Below, piece after piece: positions 36,709-46,127 of a stretch of DNA of 64,000 bases. This DNA is from a virus. Its lineage: Duplodnaviria > Caudoviricetes. The notes below the pieces were generated by a model. It saw nothing but the letters and a program-made list of their open reading frames with translations, had not been told where the DNA came from and did no database searches. How positions within the stretch are numbered: the first letter of the stretch is position 1; the number at the start of each line of letters is the position of its first letter. A program made the position numbers and the translations under genes. The stretch is taken from the IMG/VR virus record IMGVR_UViG_3300009671_000009, positions 1 through 64,000 of that record. One strand, given 5' to 3'.

Positions 36709-37065
36709 ATGGCATATACTAATGAACAAAAGAAAGAATGGGCATCACAAAAACGGGCAACAAGAAGGCAATTTGCCTATAGCTATCTTGGTGGAAAGTG
36801 TGCCGTTTGTGGACTAGCAGAAGACTTAGAATTTGACCATATAGATCCTGCTACCAAAATATGTAACATAAGTTGCCTGTGGACTGCATCTGAGGAGAAG
36901 TTCATAGCATAACTGGATAAGTGTCAGTTATTATGCCCGACTCACCACAAAGAAAAAACAGCCAGAGAATGCGGCTATGTTCCTATTGATTATATATGTG
37001 AATTTTGTCATAAAATATTCTCATTAATGAAACACGATGCTTCTCATGGTCGTCGTTTTTTGTAG
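36709..37065 (+). pseudogene. HNH endonuclease pseudogene
   Basis: LEFDHIDP...A*LDKCQLLCPTHH: in-frame TAA at 36910. Confidence 0.8.
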
Positions 37066-37096
37066 TAGGTATTGCTATCTAAAAAGTATAAAACAC

Positions 37097-37174
37097 GGTG
37101 ATGGTAGCTTAATTGGCTAGAGCCCCAGACTGTGAATCTGGAGAGTGCGAGTTCGAATCTCGTCCTTCACCCCA
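37097..37174 (+). tRNA. tRNA-His(GTG)
   Basis: G-1:C73, CCAGA-CTGTGAA-TCTGG, CCA. Confidence 0.92.
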
Positions 37175-37198
37175 ACTTTAAATATCAAAGGAAGAAAT

Positions 37199-37615
37199 AT
37201 GGCATATCCATACAAACGCCTCAAAATAAAAGGTAAATGCATTGATAGGCATAGGCTAGTGATGGAAGAAAAACTAGGTCGAAAATTAGAATCATGGGAA
37301 ATAGTCCATCACAAAGACGAAGATAAATCCAATGATGAAGCAAACAATTTGGAACTAAGAACAAGATCGACCCATATAATTGATCATCTACCAAAACCTA
37401 TAGTTATGACTGAAGAAGTAAAACAGAAAATAAGTATTTCCAAACAAGGTTCCAAAAATCCAAGAGCAATTCTCACCGAAGAACAAGTCATTAGAATTAA
37501 AAAAGATCTTGGAGAAGGAATGGGCGTTAGATCATTAGCAAGAACGTTAAACATAGACCATAAAATAATTTCCGATATTAAAACAGGCAAAACATGGAAA
37601 CATGTTGTATTATGA
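37199..37615 (+). CDS. HNH endonuclease with C-terminal HTH
   Basis: HRLVME..LGR.L...EIVHHKDEDKSND..NNLEL. Confidence 0.88.
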   Translation: MAYPYKRLKIKGKCIDRHRLVMEEKLGRKLESWEIVHHKDEDKSNDEANNLELRTRSTHIIDHLPKPIVMTEEVKQKISISKQGSKNPRAILTEEQVIRIKKDLGEGMGVRSLARTLNIDHKIISDIKTGKTWKHVVL

Positions 37616-37754
37616 TCTATTCAGAACGGGGAAACGTTTCGGGGTGGTGTCCGAAATAAGGTATAGACACACAGCCCTACAGTGACTCCCGCTGTGACAA
37701 GGGGCTAGAGGAGTGAGAGGACTACACCGCCTCTCTCCTCGCTCTGAGTGGATC
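37614..37754 (+). ncRNA. candidate structured ncRNA
   Basis: 12-bp closing stem GATCTATTCAGA/TCTGAGTGGATC and three internal hairpins. Confidence 0.5.
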
Positions 37755-37780
37755 GTGTTAAATAACATTTTCATCCAGTG

Positions 37781-37809
37781 TTGCATTTTATTTCTCTCTG
37801 TGATATAAT
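37781..37809 (+). promoter_or_regulatory. sigma-A/70 promoter
   Basis: TTGCAT-17-TATAAT, extended TG. Confidence 0.65.
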
Positions 37810-37892
37810 GAAATTGAGAGCAGGGAAGCTCCTGCTAAAACACTATATTATACAGAGGAAGTGTAGCAACATATGATTTTTTATTCAGATGG

Positions 37893-38399
37893 ATGTTAAC
37901 AGCAGAACAACTTTTTGAGAACAATGAGAAACTTGCTTATGATGTTGTACATAGAATGAAGATTTCAATACCAGGATTTGCACAAGAAGATTTATTTCAA
38001 ACGGCAAAGATGGGTCTCTGGCGAGCATGCCAGAAGTATGACGAAAAGCGAGGCAGGTTTTCTACATGGGCAGTAACATGCATTACAAATGAACTACTTA
38101 TGGCTTACCGAAAACATGCAGGCAAAGGCAGGAAAAAAGTAGAAGTTCTATCACTAGAAGGTTTGTGTGAGTCATGTGACGAAGGTCTCAACCCATACTA
38201 CTTCGCGCCACGCGTTGAATCTTTCGAAGATAGTCTGATAGGACTTATAGACACCGAAAACTTAGATCTTGAGACCGAAGAAAAAATAATTCTTGATATG
38301 AAGAAATATTTTACTGAATCCGAAGTCGAACAACTTCGTGATACTAGCAAGTGGAATCAACGAAAAATCCGTATGCGTGCCAGGGAACAAGCAGAATGA
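37893..38399 (+). CDS. sigma-70 family sigma factor (region 2)
   Basis: EDLFQ...GLWRA..KYD..RGRFSTWA..CITNEL. Confidence 0.85.
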   Translation: MLTAEQLFENNEKLAYDVVHRMKISIPGFAQEDLFQTAKMGLWRACQKYDEKRGRFSTWAVTCITNELLMAYRKHAGKGRKKVEVLSLEGLCESCDEGLNPYYFAPRVESFEDSLIGLIDTENLDLETEEKIILDMKKYFTESEVEQLRDTSKWNQRKIRMRAREQAE

Positions 38400-38515
38400 C
38401 AGGCATCTATTATATCAAAAACAAAAATACTGGGAAGATCTATATCGGCAGTACTATAGACATAGAACATAGATGGTATCGTAATAGACTTAACCTACAA
38501 ATATGCATCAATTAA
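38396..38515 (+). pseudogene. truncated GIY-YIG endonuclease
   Basis: MTGIYYIKN..TGKIYIGST.D...RW then stop at 39 codons. Confidence 0.75.
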
Positions 38516-38554
38516 TCACAGGAAAACGCAGAAGTCACAAAGGGTGGACTTATA

Positions 38555-38884
38555 ATGAATAGTGGCATTAAGATTATTATCAACAAAGGCTTTTTAGGCT
38601 TGGGAAAAAAAGAATTGGATATCTTAGAGCTGGACGATGTCCAGTTTCTTTCTGTTATAGTAAATTCATTAAAAAGTTTCAATTGGAACAATGAAGGCGT
38701 TGGTCTAACCCTAATGGAAAAAGTTGTTACAACGTATCTAAAATTCATTTTTCACAATCCAGAAAAGAAAAACCAATGTCGAATAAGTGCGATCCTAACA
38801 CTTGAAGAGATGGGTAAACGATTCGTTAAAAACGAACATCAGTGGGAGGCCTGTCTTAAAGAGCTAGGATTAGCAAAGGATTAA
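38555..38884 (+). CDS. hypothetical protein
   Basis: ORF, RBS, downstream hairpin. Confidence 0.6.
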   Translation: MNSGIKIIINKGFLGLGKKELDILELDDVQFLSVIVNSLKSFNWNNEGVGLTLMEKVVTTYLKFIFHNPEKKNQCRISAILTLEEMGKRFVKNEHQWEACLKELGLAKD

Positions 38885-38931
38885 AAACTTAAGAAAATTG
38901 AGGGCCAATAGTGGCCCTCTTTCACTTTGTT

Positions 38932-39112
38932 ATAAAGACTGACTGCCAACGACAGTGAGGCGGAAAGCGTTCAGCACTTTGGGCATAGCATTTATGATAA
39001 ACCTGTCTTTGCTATGACAAGTGACTAGTTAGTAGATGCTGAAACAGAGTCTGGGTAGCTCCTGGACAGGAATAGGGACTCGGAAGGGGTAAAACCGAGA
39101 GTCAGTCTTTAT
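38932..39112 (+). ncRNA. candidate multibranch ncRNA (about 180 nt)
   Basis: 13-bp closing stem ATAAAGACTGACT/AGTCAGTCTTTAT with nested helices. Confidence 0.55.
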
Positions 39113-39176
39113 CATATATAGGCTATTACGGCATGTGCCGTTAGCAATATAGTGTAAACTGTGAGGTGTAGTAGTA

Positions 39177-39632
39177 ATGAGTGACCAGAACTTGGCTGTT
39201 GAACGTCAAAAACAGGTCGATCCCCGATCTCTCGGATTGTGTAACATTGTGTTTGAACAACCGAGCAAAGATCAAAAAAGGGTTTTCCCGCACATCGCTG
39301 CCCAATTAAAATTCAGTCTCATTTTGAATGTGACTGATCCTGATGCCAAGACCGAAGACATGATCTTGGATGTTCAAGGATTCAAAATTACCCGCAGCAC
39401 CAAAGAAGAAACCTTTGGTCAGTTATTCTTGATTGGCCCAAACTTCCAATATGATAAAACTCGACCCCCGTTCTATCCGATCAACCGCCTTGGCGCACTT
39501 CAGACTGCATACTTACTTGAGAGATTTAAAGCTCAAGAGGCTTTGTGGAATGCGCAACCGACCTTGCCCGAAGACATGCCCTTAACTATTACTGTTAAGG
39601 ATAATGTTCCAGCGGGTGCTGCTTCTAATTAA
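39177..39632 (+). CDS. hypothetical protein (weak SpoVG-like resemblance)
   Basis: VQGFKI....GQLFLIGP...FYPIN; GAGG RBS. Confidence 0.6.
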   Translation: MSDQNLAVERQKQVDPRSLGLCNIVFEQPSKDQKRVFPHIAAQLKFSLILNVTDPDAKTEDMILDVQGFKITRSTKEETFGQLFLIGPNFQYDKTRPPFYPINRLGALQTAYLLERFKAQEALWNAQPTLPEDMPLTITVKDNVPAGAASN

Positions 39633-39647
39633 ATAGAAGCCCAACTC

Positions 39648-39679
39648 AAGGGACAAGTGAAATATCTTGTCCCTTTTTT
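39648..39679 (+). terminator. intrinsic terminator
   Basis: AAGGGACAAG/CTTGTCCCTT plus T-run. Confidence 0.8.
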
Positions 39680-39737
39680 AGTTGACAGAAGACTATCAAA
39701 GAAACAAGATAGCATAATATATTAAGGAGAGGATTAA

Positions 39738-39998
39738 ATGGATCCCATAACTCTATTGGTCATGGCAGGAGTTGCCTTTGGAGTCAACGTAGTATGTGAT
39801 AAGGTTGACTTTTTAAGGAATATTACTCACAGTCGAGTAATGAGTGCTTCCACCGAAGAGCTAATCAAACAACTCAAGGGAGTACAAACTAACCCCGAAT
39901 TATTTACAGCCATGGTAAGTAGCAAAGAAGGAAGAACACTAGATGAAACTACTTGTGGGTTTAACCCCCCAAAGGACAGCATTAACACTCAGCTTTGA
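39738..39998 (+). CDS. hypothetical protein
   Basis: AGGAGAGG RBS. Confidence 0.55.
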   Translation: MDPITLLVMAGVAFGVNVVCDKVDFLRNITHSRVMSASTEELIKQLKGVQTNPELFTAMVSSKEGRTLDETTCGFNPPKDSINTQL

Positions 39999-42900
39999 TT
40001 ACAATCCTGCCATCATTACTCGGCTCAAGAACCGAGTTTATGGGCGTGCATATGATGGAGATCTAAAATGCTGGGTGTTGCCATTAGCAAGCTTTGACGA
40101 TCTTGTTCAAGAGTTTGGAGCAATGATTGAATTAACTGTGCCATTTAAAGAAATAGTGGAGGCTATAGATAGTATTGCCCCAGTAGTTGGTACTGTTGAT
40201 ATGCAAGCAGCTCAAGTTTTAAAACTAAAACCCTATGACTATCAAATTATAGGAGGAGCGGCGTTTCTTCCTAATATTAAATGTGGAATACTGGCAGATG
40301 TGCCAGGGTTAGGTAAGTGCCTAACGCCTGACTCTCGCATTTACATGAATGGTGCTAATACTACACTTCAGCAAATATGGGATAGCTATGTACGAGAATT
40401 GTCTTTTGACGGAGAAGGATATTGGTCTTCTCCGTCAAAAGACCTGTATGTTCCATCGTTGGACAATGGCAAGTTAATATATTCTAAGGTTAAACGAATA
40501 TATCGACAATGGATAGATGCACCCATCAAAGTCATAAAACTCACAAATGGTTCTGTTTTGAGAGCAACATTAACTGAAAAATTATTCGATGGCTATAGCT
40601 GGAGCAATAATTTGCAACCTGGAGATTGTGTAGCTATTCCAAATGTATTGCCTGATTTCAAACACAATATTAATGCGCAGTCGCAAATCGTGAAACTAAT
40701 TGCATGGCAACTAGCTGAGGGACACGAAGCTTCCCATGGCCACAGTTTCAGGATATATCAAGATAATATTGATGTATTGAACCATATAGCAAGTTTATTA
40801 TCCTATTTGAATATTCAATTTGATATAAAGCATGAACCTGGGAAATGTCCATATATAAGAGGCCGTAGTAAAGAATATCATAATATAATGACTAGTTATG
40901 ACTACGCCTGGGGAGCCAAGTCTAAAGACAAAAGAATTCCTAGCTTTATTTTTAATTTGCCTGACAAACTGCTACGGACTTTTCTTTCGGTCTTTTTTGA
41001 CGCAGAATCAAATGTTAATGTGTCAACTAGCAACATGGAAATAACAAGTGCTTCTTCTGAAATAATATTTGGTATTAAACAACTCTTGCTTCGTTTTGGC
41101 ATTAAAATGAATACTGCAGAATACATGAAATGTGCCACTAACGGAACAAGAATTAAAAGAAAATATTACAGAGGATATGTCTCTGGAGAAGACCTTGTGA
41201 GATTTTATCATACTATAGGCTATTGCTACGAATATAAAATGTCTGCATTGTCAAAGGTAGCCAATAAAAAACATAATAGCAACATATATGTATATCCAAT
41301 TAAAAAAGCATTTGAGAACTTCACAGATTCTGTGAAGATTCCTCCAAGATATTTCAAGTACAGGAAAGATTACTTGACTACAAATAAACTACCTAGTATA
41401 GATGGCTTAAGAAAGATGTCAAAAGGTTTTGATTATGTATTGTCTGGAGAAGCTGAATCAGACTATAAGAAGCTAAAGCCTAGTAAATGGACAGTCAAGA
41501 CCTTGGAATCTTTCAAAAACGCAGATTACTTACAAATTGCCAACGTAAAAGATAAAATAAATCATTTTTTGCACAGTGACGTAGCATATGTACGAATAGA
41601 CTCAATAAGCTATGAACAATATTCTGGCTGGGTATATGATTTGGAAATAGAAAATACTCACAACTTTATTGCAGAAGGAATGTGTGTTCATAATACAATT
41701 CAGACATTTTTGGGCTTTGCTTCACTGTGTGAGCGAGGCTTAGCCCAAAAGTGCCTTGTCTTTTGCAAAGCAAACCTGAAATCGCAGTGGTTGTCAGAGT
41801 TAGAGAAATTTACTTCTTACAAAGGAATCAAAATCAAAGGAACACCAGAACAAAGGCTTGCTTTGTACGAGGAGGCAGCAAAACCTGAATATCAGTTTAT
41901 ATTTGTTAACTACGAATTCCTGATTCATGACAAAAAATATGTTAAAGAGTGCGAACGCAAGACCAAAGAAAATGAAAAGCTAAAAGCGGCAGGTAAGAAA
42001 ACTAAAAGAGCCGCGAAGGGCTTTGACGATTTCGAGAATCTAGAATATCTAATGAGGCAGTGTCAAGTCCTTGTAATGGACGAGGCCCAAAAAGTAAAGA
42101 ATGATTCATCTCAAATTCATAAGAATCTGTTTAAAATGGTATATGGCACGAAAACATATCCATCGATACCGCCAGAATACCGCTGGCTACTAACAGGAAC
42201 CCCAATTGAGAATGAACCTGAAGATATTTATAACTTATTTAAGTTTGTAAACCAGTCCGTACTTGGACATAATCCAAATACCTTCAAATACCGTTATTAT
42301 GAAGGAAGGTACCACGAAAAAGTAAGAAAAGACATGCTTAAAGACCTCAGTATGAGGATCGCACCGTATATGTTACGGAGAACCCAAGAAAATGTCAAAC
42401 GAGCGTTTCCTAAAGTCCGTATTGATGAAATGCTTCTAGACATGACAAATGATCAAATTATCTTACATGATATTCTTAAAGAAATTACTAGGGATCTTAT
42501 AGATGGTGTAAAACACCCTGAAATAGGAAACGATGATTATTCACCAATCGGGATATTTAGTTTGTTGCTAAGAGTTGCAGATAATCCTGATTTGCTATTT
42601 ACATCTGAAAGTGACCTGGCTAGAAGTCTAGCTAAGAAACATTTAAAAACTCCTGGGCATGAATGCCCTAAAATAGAATGGATATGCGATTACTTAGAAG
42701 CACGCAAACAATTTGAACCTGATGCAAAGACCATTATATTTACCAGAAGTGATGATATGGCACATCTTACACGCGAATCATTACTTCAAGGTACTTACAA
42801 AGACAACGATATCATCTTGTTTGTAGGAGGCATGTCCGAGAAACAGCGGGATACAGCAAAGGCAAGATTTTGGAAAGACGGAAAGATCTTTATATCAACT

Positions 42901-43182
42901 GATGCTGGTTCGGAAGGGCTTAACCTCCAATGTGCCAACGTGGAAATCAACATTGATCTTCCGCCTACTCCGTCAAGACTTGCACAGAGAATTGGCCGCA
43001 TTAAACGAGATCAATCTGAGTTTTCACATGTTAGGATTATTAATCTTATTTCAAAAGATTCTATAGATGAGCGAATCCTCAAAATAATCTATGATAAACA
43101 ATCTATTATTGACAGTGTCATTGAAGGTAATATTGCAGACATCAATCTTACGCAAAGCGTGCTTCTGGAACTACTGTCGTAA
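39943..43182 (+). CDS. SNF2-family helicase containing an intein
   Basis: LADVPGLGK|T, DEAQ, LLTGTP.EN, STDAGSEGLNLQ, QRIGRI.R. Confidence 0.92.
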   Translation: MKLLVGLTPQRTALTLSFDYNPAIITRLKNRVYGRAYDGDLKCWVLPLASFDDLVQEFGAMIELTVPFKEIVEAIDSIAPVVGTVDMQAAQVLKLKPYDYQIIGGAAFLPNIKCGILADVPGLGKCLTPDSRIYMNGANTTLQQIWDSYVRELSFDGEGYWSSPSKDLYVPSLDNGKLIYSKVKRIYRQWIDAPIKVIKLTNGSVLRATLTEKLFDGYSWSNNLQPGDCVAIPNVLPDFKHNINAQSQIVKLIAWQLAEGHEASHGHSFRIYQDNIDVLNHIASLLSYLNIQFDIKHEPGKCPYIRGRSKEYHNIMTSYDYAWGAKSKDKRIPSFIFNLPDKLLRTFLSVFFDAESNVNVSTSNMEITSASSEIIFGIKQLLLRFGIKMNTAEYMKCATNGTRIKRKYYRGYVSGEDLVRFYHTIGYCYEYKMSALSKVANKKHNSNIYVYPIKKAFENFTDSVKIPPRYFKYRKDYLTTNKLPSIDGLRKMSKGFDYVLSGEAESDYKKLKPSKWTVKTLESFKNADYLQIANVKDKINHFLHSDVAYVRIDSISYEQYSGWVYDLEIENTHNFIAEGMCVHNTIQTFLGFASLCERGLAQKCLVFCKANLKSQWLSELEKFTSYKGIKIKGTPEQRLALYEEAAKPEYQFIFVNYEFLIHDKKYVKECERKTKENEKLKAAGKKTKRAAKGFDDFENLEYLMRQCQVLVMDEAQKVKNDSSQIHKNLFKMVYGTKTYPSIPPEYRWLLTGTPIENEPEDIYNLFKFVNQSVLGHNPNTFKYRYYEGRYHEKVRKDMLKDLSMRIAPYMLRRTQENVKRAFPKVRIDEMLLDMTNDQIILHDILKEITRDLIDGVKHPEIGNDDYSPIGIFSLLLRVADNPDLLFTSESDLARSLAKKHLKTPGHECPKIEWICDYLEARKQFEPDAKTIIFTRSDDMAHLTRESLLQGTYKDNDIILFVGGMSEKQRDTAKARFWKDGKIFISTDAGSEGLNLQCANVEINIDLPPTPSRLAQRIGRIKRDQSEFSHVRIINLISKDSIDERILKIIYDKQSIIDSVIEGNIADINLTQSVLLELLS
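40318..41694 (+). mobile_element. intein with LAGLIDADG homing endonuclease (459 aa)
   Basis: CLTPDS...VYDLEI..THNFIAEG.CVHN|T inserted in Walker A. Confidence 0.92.
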
Positions 43183-43319
43183 AAAGAGGCCAAAATTTGA
43201 AAAATTTTTGTAACAGATTTTCCGATTTTACAATTTCATCTGGAAATGAGGCTGAGGGCGATTGCTTTCAGCCTTCTTTGTTTTTGAAATCATTTATATT
43301 TCATAAGGAGGCGATTTAC

Positions 43320-43970
43320 TTGTTTAAGAAAGTGTATACAGCTATTGCAGTATTTATGCTAACCTTGTTGTTATCTATAGTCAGTTTTCATGGAAGTAAA
43401 CAACTATTTGTATGGCTTGCAGAAACGAACTGGATAATAGTAGGTTCTGCATTTATCGGAACAATTTTGCTTGCAATCTTATCTAATCTATGTTATAATT
43501 ATTTTGTAAAACACCGTGAGACAGTGACCGACGCGCTTGAAGGTTTTAAAAACGACATCTTAGTCGTATGGAATATAATTTCCAAATACTTCATGCCGCC
43601 TCAACTTAAAGGAACCTTAACTCATTTGTTTGTCTTTATAATTTTAGTAAACTTCTCTGTGGGTTCCGTGGTTGTAACCAAAAGCATTATCAATACTTGC
43701 GACATAGTAGCTAACTTTGACGCCAAACTAAAGACCATCGAGGATAGATATATTTCTCGACTGGATCGGCAGGAAGACGAGATTGAGTCTTTAAAGCAAT
43801 CCGACCATGACAAGGACATGGTAATTAATCAGATGAAAAAAGATATGGAAATTCTTAAGAGTGACAATCTTTCTCTGCTTAATACCGTCAAGAGAGCATT
43901 CAGCTCTGGTGATACAAAAAACTCCCCAAGCCGCCCCTATTTGGGCAAAACTCCCGTGGTGCTACAGTAA
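43320..43970 (+). CDS. membrane protein with coiled coil (N-terminal part of a probable frameshifted 3D-domain protein)
   Basis: AAGGAGG RBS before TTG 43320; three hydrophobic helices plus coiled coil. Confidence 0.75.
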   Translation: MFKKVYTAIAVFMLTLLLSIVSFHGSKQLFVWLAETNWIIVGSAFIGTILLAILSNLCYNYFVKHRETVTDALEGFKNDILVVWNIISKYFMPPQLKGTLTHLFVFIILVNFSVGSVVVTKSIINTCDIVANFDAKLKTIEDRYISRLDRQEDEIESLKQSDHDKDMVINQMKKDMEILKSDNLSLLNTVKRAFSSGDTKNSPSRPYLGKTPVVLQ

Positions 43971-44323
43971 GGTGGCGGCGTCCTGAGAATCTAATTGGCA
44001 GTTGTCATATAACTGCATACACTGTATGTGTAGAAGAATGTGGCAAAGACGATGGTATCACCTGGTCAGGCCGTAAAGGCGTACTCGCTATTAGTGGAGC
44101 GTTTGATGATACCTTCTGGGGTCAACATATCAAGCGCGGAGACTGGGTATATGTCGATGGGTTTGGATACATCCGCATGGACGACACAGGAGTAAAAGCT
44201 CCTTGGGGTGTCCAAGGCAGAAACAGGATAGACATACTTGTTGCCACTAAGCAACAAGCGTATCTGTTAACATCGATCCTGAAGAATGCTAAAGTGTGGT
44301 ATGTAGGCCAGAGAAATACATAA
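43913..44323 (+). CDS. 3D (MltA-like) peptidoglycan hydrolase domain in the -1 frame, no start of its own
   Basis: SRG...ITAY...CGKDDGITWSG...DDTG...NRIDI; missed by the ORF track. Confidence 0.8.
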   Translation, partial: YKKLPKPPLFGQNSRGATVRWRRPENLIGSCHITAYTVCVEECGKDDGITWSGRKGVLAISGAFDDTFWGQHIKRGDWVYVDGFGYIRMDDTGVKAPWGVQGRNRIDILVATKQQAYLLTSILKNAKVWYVGQRNT

Positions 44324-44577
44324 AAAGGATGGTTATCATGGGTGCTCTAGTCGTTTTAGGTATTGTTTTACTTTTAGTTGCAAGGATAAGAGCCTGCAAC
44401 CATGGCGGTAGAGTAGCCAGGGCATTACATTCTTCTGATCCTGAGATCAAAGCTAAGGCGGAGAGATTTCTCACTTTTCTTGTAATTGTGGGAGCCCTCT
44501 GCCTAGTCTTCTATGTGTGGCCCCTGATACTTATCCTTGTGGCTGGCTATGTTATTTGGAAACTGTTAAGTGTGTAA
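44296..44577 (+). CDS. small membrane protein (start probably about 44329)
   Basis: hydrophobic helices. Confidence 0.55.
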   Translation: MVCRPEKYIKRMVIMGALVVLGIVLLLVARIRACNHGGRVARALHSSDPEIKAKAERFLTFLVIVGALCLVFYVWPLILILVAGYVIWKLLSV

Positions 44578-44603
44578 ACTATCATGAAAGGAAAGATTTT
44601 TAA

Positions 44604-45611
44604 TTGAGTCTAAACATAGGTATTGACGTCGGATTTGGCAACGTCAAAGGAGAATCAGATCTTTGTAAGATCGATTTCTGCTCACAAATCGGAGAATTCT
44701 CTCCAGTTAAGTTTTCATCAGGAATGGAGGAAGCCACGGATCCAACGCTAAATATGGTAATAGAATACAATGGTAAGCGCTGGTTCGTAGGCCCGTCTGC
44801 TGTAAGACAGGCAGTTCCTCAGAATACAATCGAACATACACGTACCGTAACCGAGGAAGGTCAAATCCTAATGCTTTCTGCGCTAGGGATCTTAGCTGGA
44901 AATGAAACGCAAACTAATCTCGTTGTAGGATTGCCAGTCAAACAATATTCCGATCTCAAAGATCGGTACATAGTACAGGCATCTGGCACTCATGTATTTA
45001 GCTATCTCACTATGACTGGAGAGGTTAAAAGCAAGAAAGTTATTACTGTAAAAAACTTGAAGGTGCTACCACAGCCATTTGGAACCGTGTTTGATATTAT
45101 CTTAGATGAAAATGGCAAAGTTAAAGATCCTAAAGCAGCCACTGGCAAGATAGGCGTTGTTGATATTGGATATAATACCTTAGATTTGTTACGTGCTGAT
45201 TCATTACAGTATATTAACAAACGAAGTACATCCTTCTCTGACTATGGAATGTTTGCAGTTTATCGTGAACTGTCTTCGTTAATCCAAGACAGATACCATG
45301 TAGAGATTCCTCCAGAGAAACTCGAACAAATTGTTCAGCGTGGTACAGTTAATATTGCTGGAAGAACACAGCCTATTAATGATTTAAAACAACAAGCTTT
45401 TGAAACTGTAGCAAATGTAATTGCAAGCCGCATTCAATCTTACTGGCCTGATAACTGGGAGCTGGATAAGATTATTATCACTGGTGGCGGAGCAGTTCAT
45501 CTTGGTAGTTTCATATGTCCGTCGTTTGCACAAAGTGAAATCTCCAATGATCCCCTTTACTCCAACGTGAATGGCTACTACAAGTGTGCTCGTTTCACTT
45601 GGAGGGATTAA
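44604..45611 (+). CDS. parM: ParM/StbA family actin-like ATPase
   Basis: GIDVGFGNVK, VVGLP, VLPQP, VVDIGYNT, ITGGGA. Confidence 0.9.
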   Translation: MSLNIGIDVGFGNVKGESDLCKIDFCSQIGEFSPVKFSSGMEEATDPTLNMVIEYNGKRWFVGPSAVRQAVPQNTIEHTRTVTEEGQILMLSALGILAGNETQTNLVVGLPVKQYSDLKDRYIVQASGTHVFSYLTMTGEVKSKKVITVKNLKVLPQPFGTVFDIILDENGKVKDPKAATGKIGVVDIGYNTLDLLRADSLQYINKRSTSFSDYGMFAVYRELSSLIQDRYHVEIPPEKLEQIVQRGTVNIAGRTQPINDLKQQAFETVANVIASRIQSYWPDNWELDKIIITGGGAVHLGSFICPSFAQSEISNDPLYSNVNGYYKCARFTWRD

Positions 45612-45612
45612 T

Positions 45613-45972
45613 GTGGCAAAGCGCAAATGGCGTGAATCAGATCTAAAAATAGGATGTCGTCTACTTCCAGGTAGGGATGACGACATCCTAGAATACTTCT
45701 CTGAGGTTGGAAGAAACGAAAAGAGCTACAAGATCAGAGAGGCTTTAAGAATGTATACTAAGGTACAAATGGGATTAATGCCAATGCCAGGAGCACCACT
45801 CATAAGAGAACGGTGGCTACCACCAGTTAGCGATCCAAACAAAATGATATCAGTTGCTAATAACATTGTAGCAGCTAAGAATACTCCTATGATCACTGCT
45901 AATGAGGGAGAAGAATTGACTCCCGAACAAGTAGAAGCTAACCTATTTGGACTACTTAATTCATTTGAATAA
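45613..45972 (+). CDS. ParR-like ribbon-helix-helix adaptor
   Basis: follows parM; RL....DDDI.......KS..IREALR; acidic tail. Confidence 0.7.
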   Translation: MAKRKWRESDLKIGCRLLPGRDDDILEYFSEVGRNEKSYKIREALRMYTKVQMGLMPMPGAPLIRERWLPPVSDPNKMISVANNIVAAKNTPMITANEGEELTPEQVEANLFGLLNSFE

Positions 45973-46127
45973 GAAAGGGTGCCTTGACATGATATCGCTA
46001 GTACAGTTGCGTTTTCGTAATTGTATAATTATGATTGGTGTACTAGTAACTATCATCATGGGCACTCTTTTATTTTGCAAGGCATATTTGGTAATAAAAG
46101 AATATAAACAGGAGGTTGAACGACACT

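Noticed and set aside
38932-39112. An eleventh Y-like unit or a 6S RNA
   Set aside because: It lacks TACTTC and the TTTCCTC arm, and the fold is multibranched rather than a rod with a central bubble.
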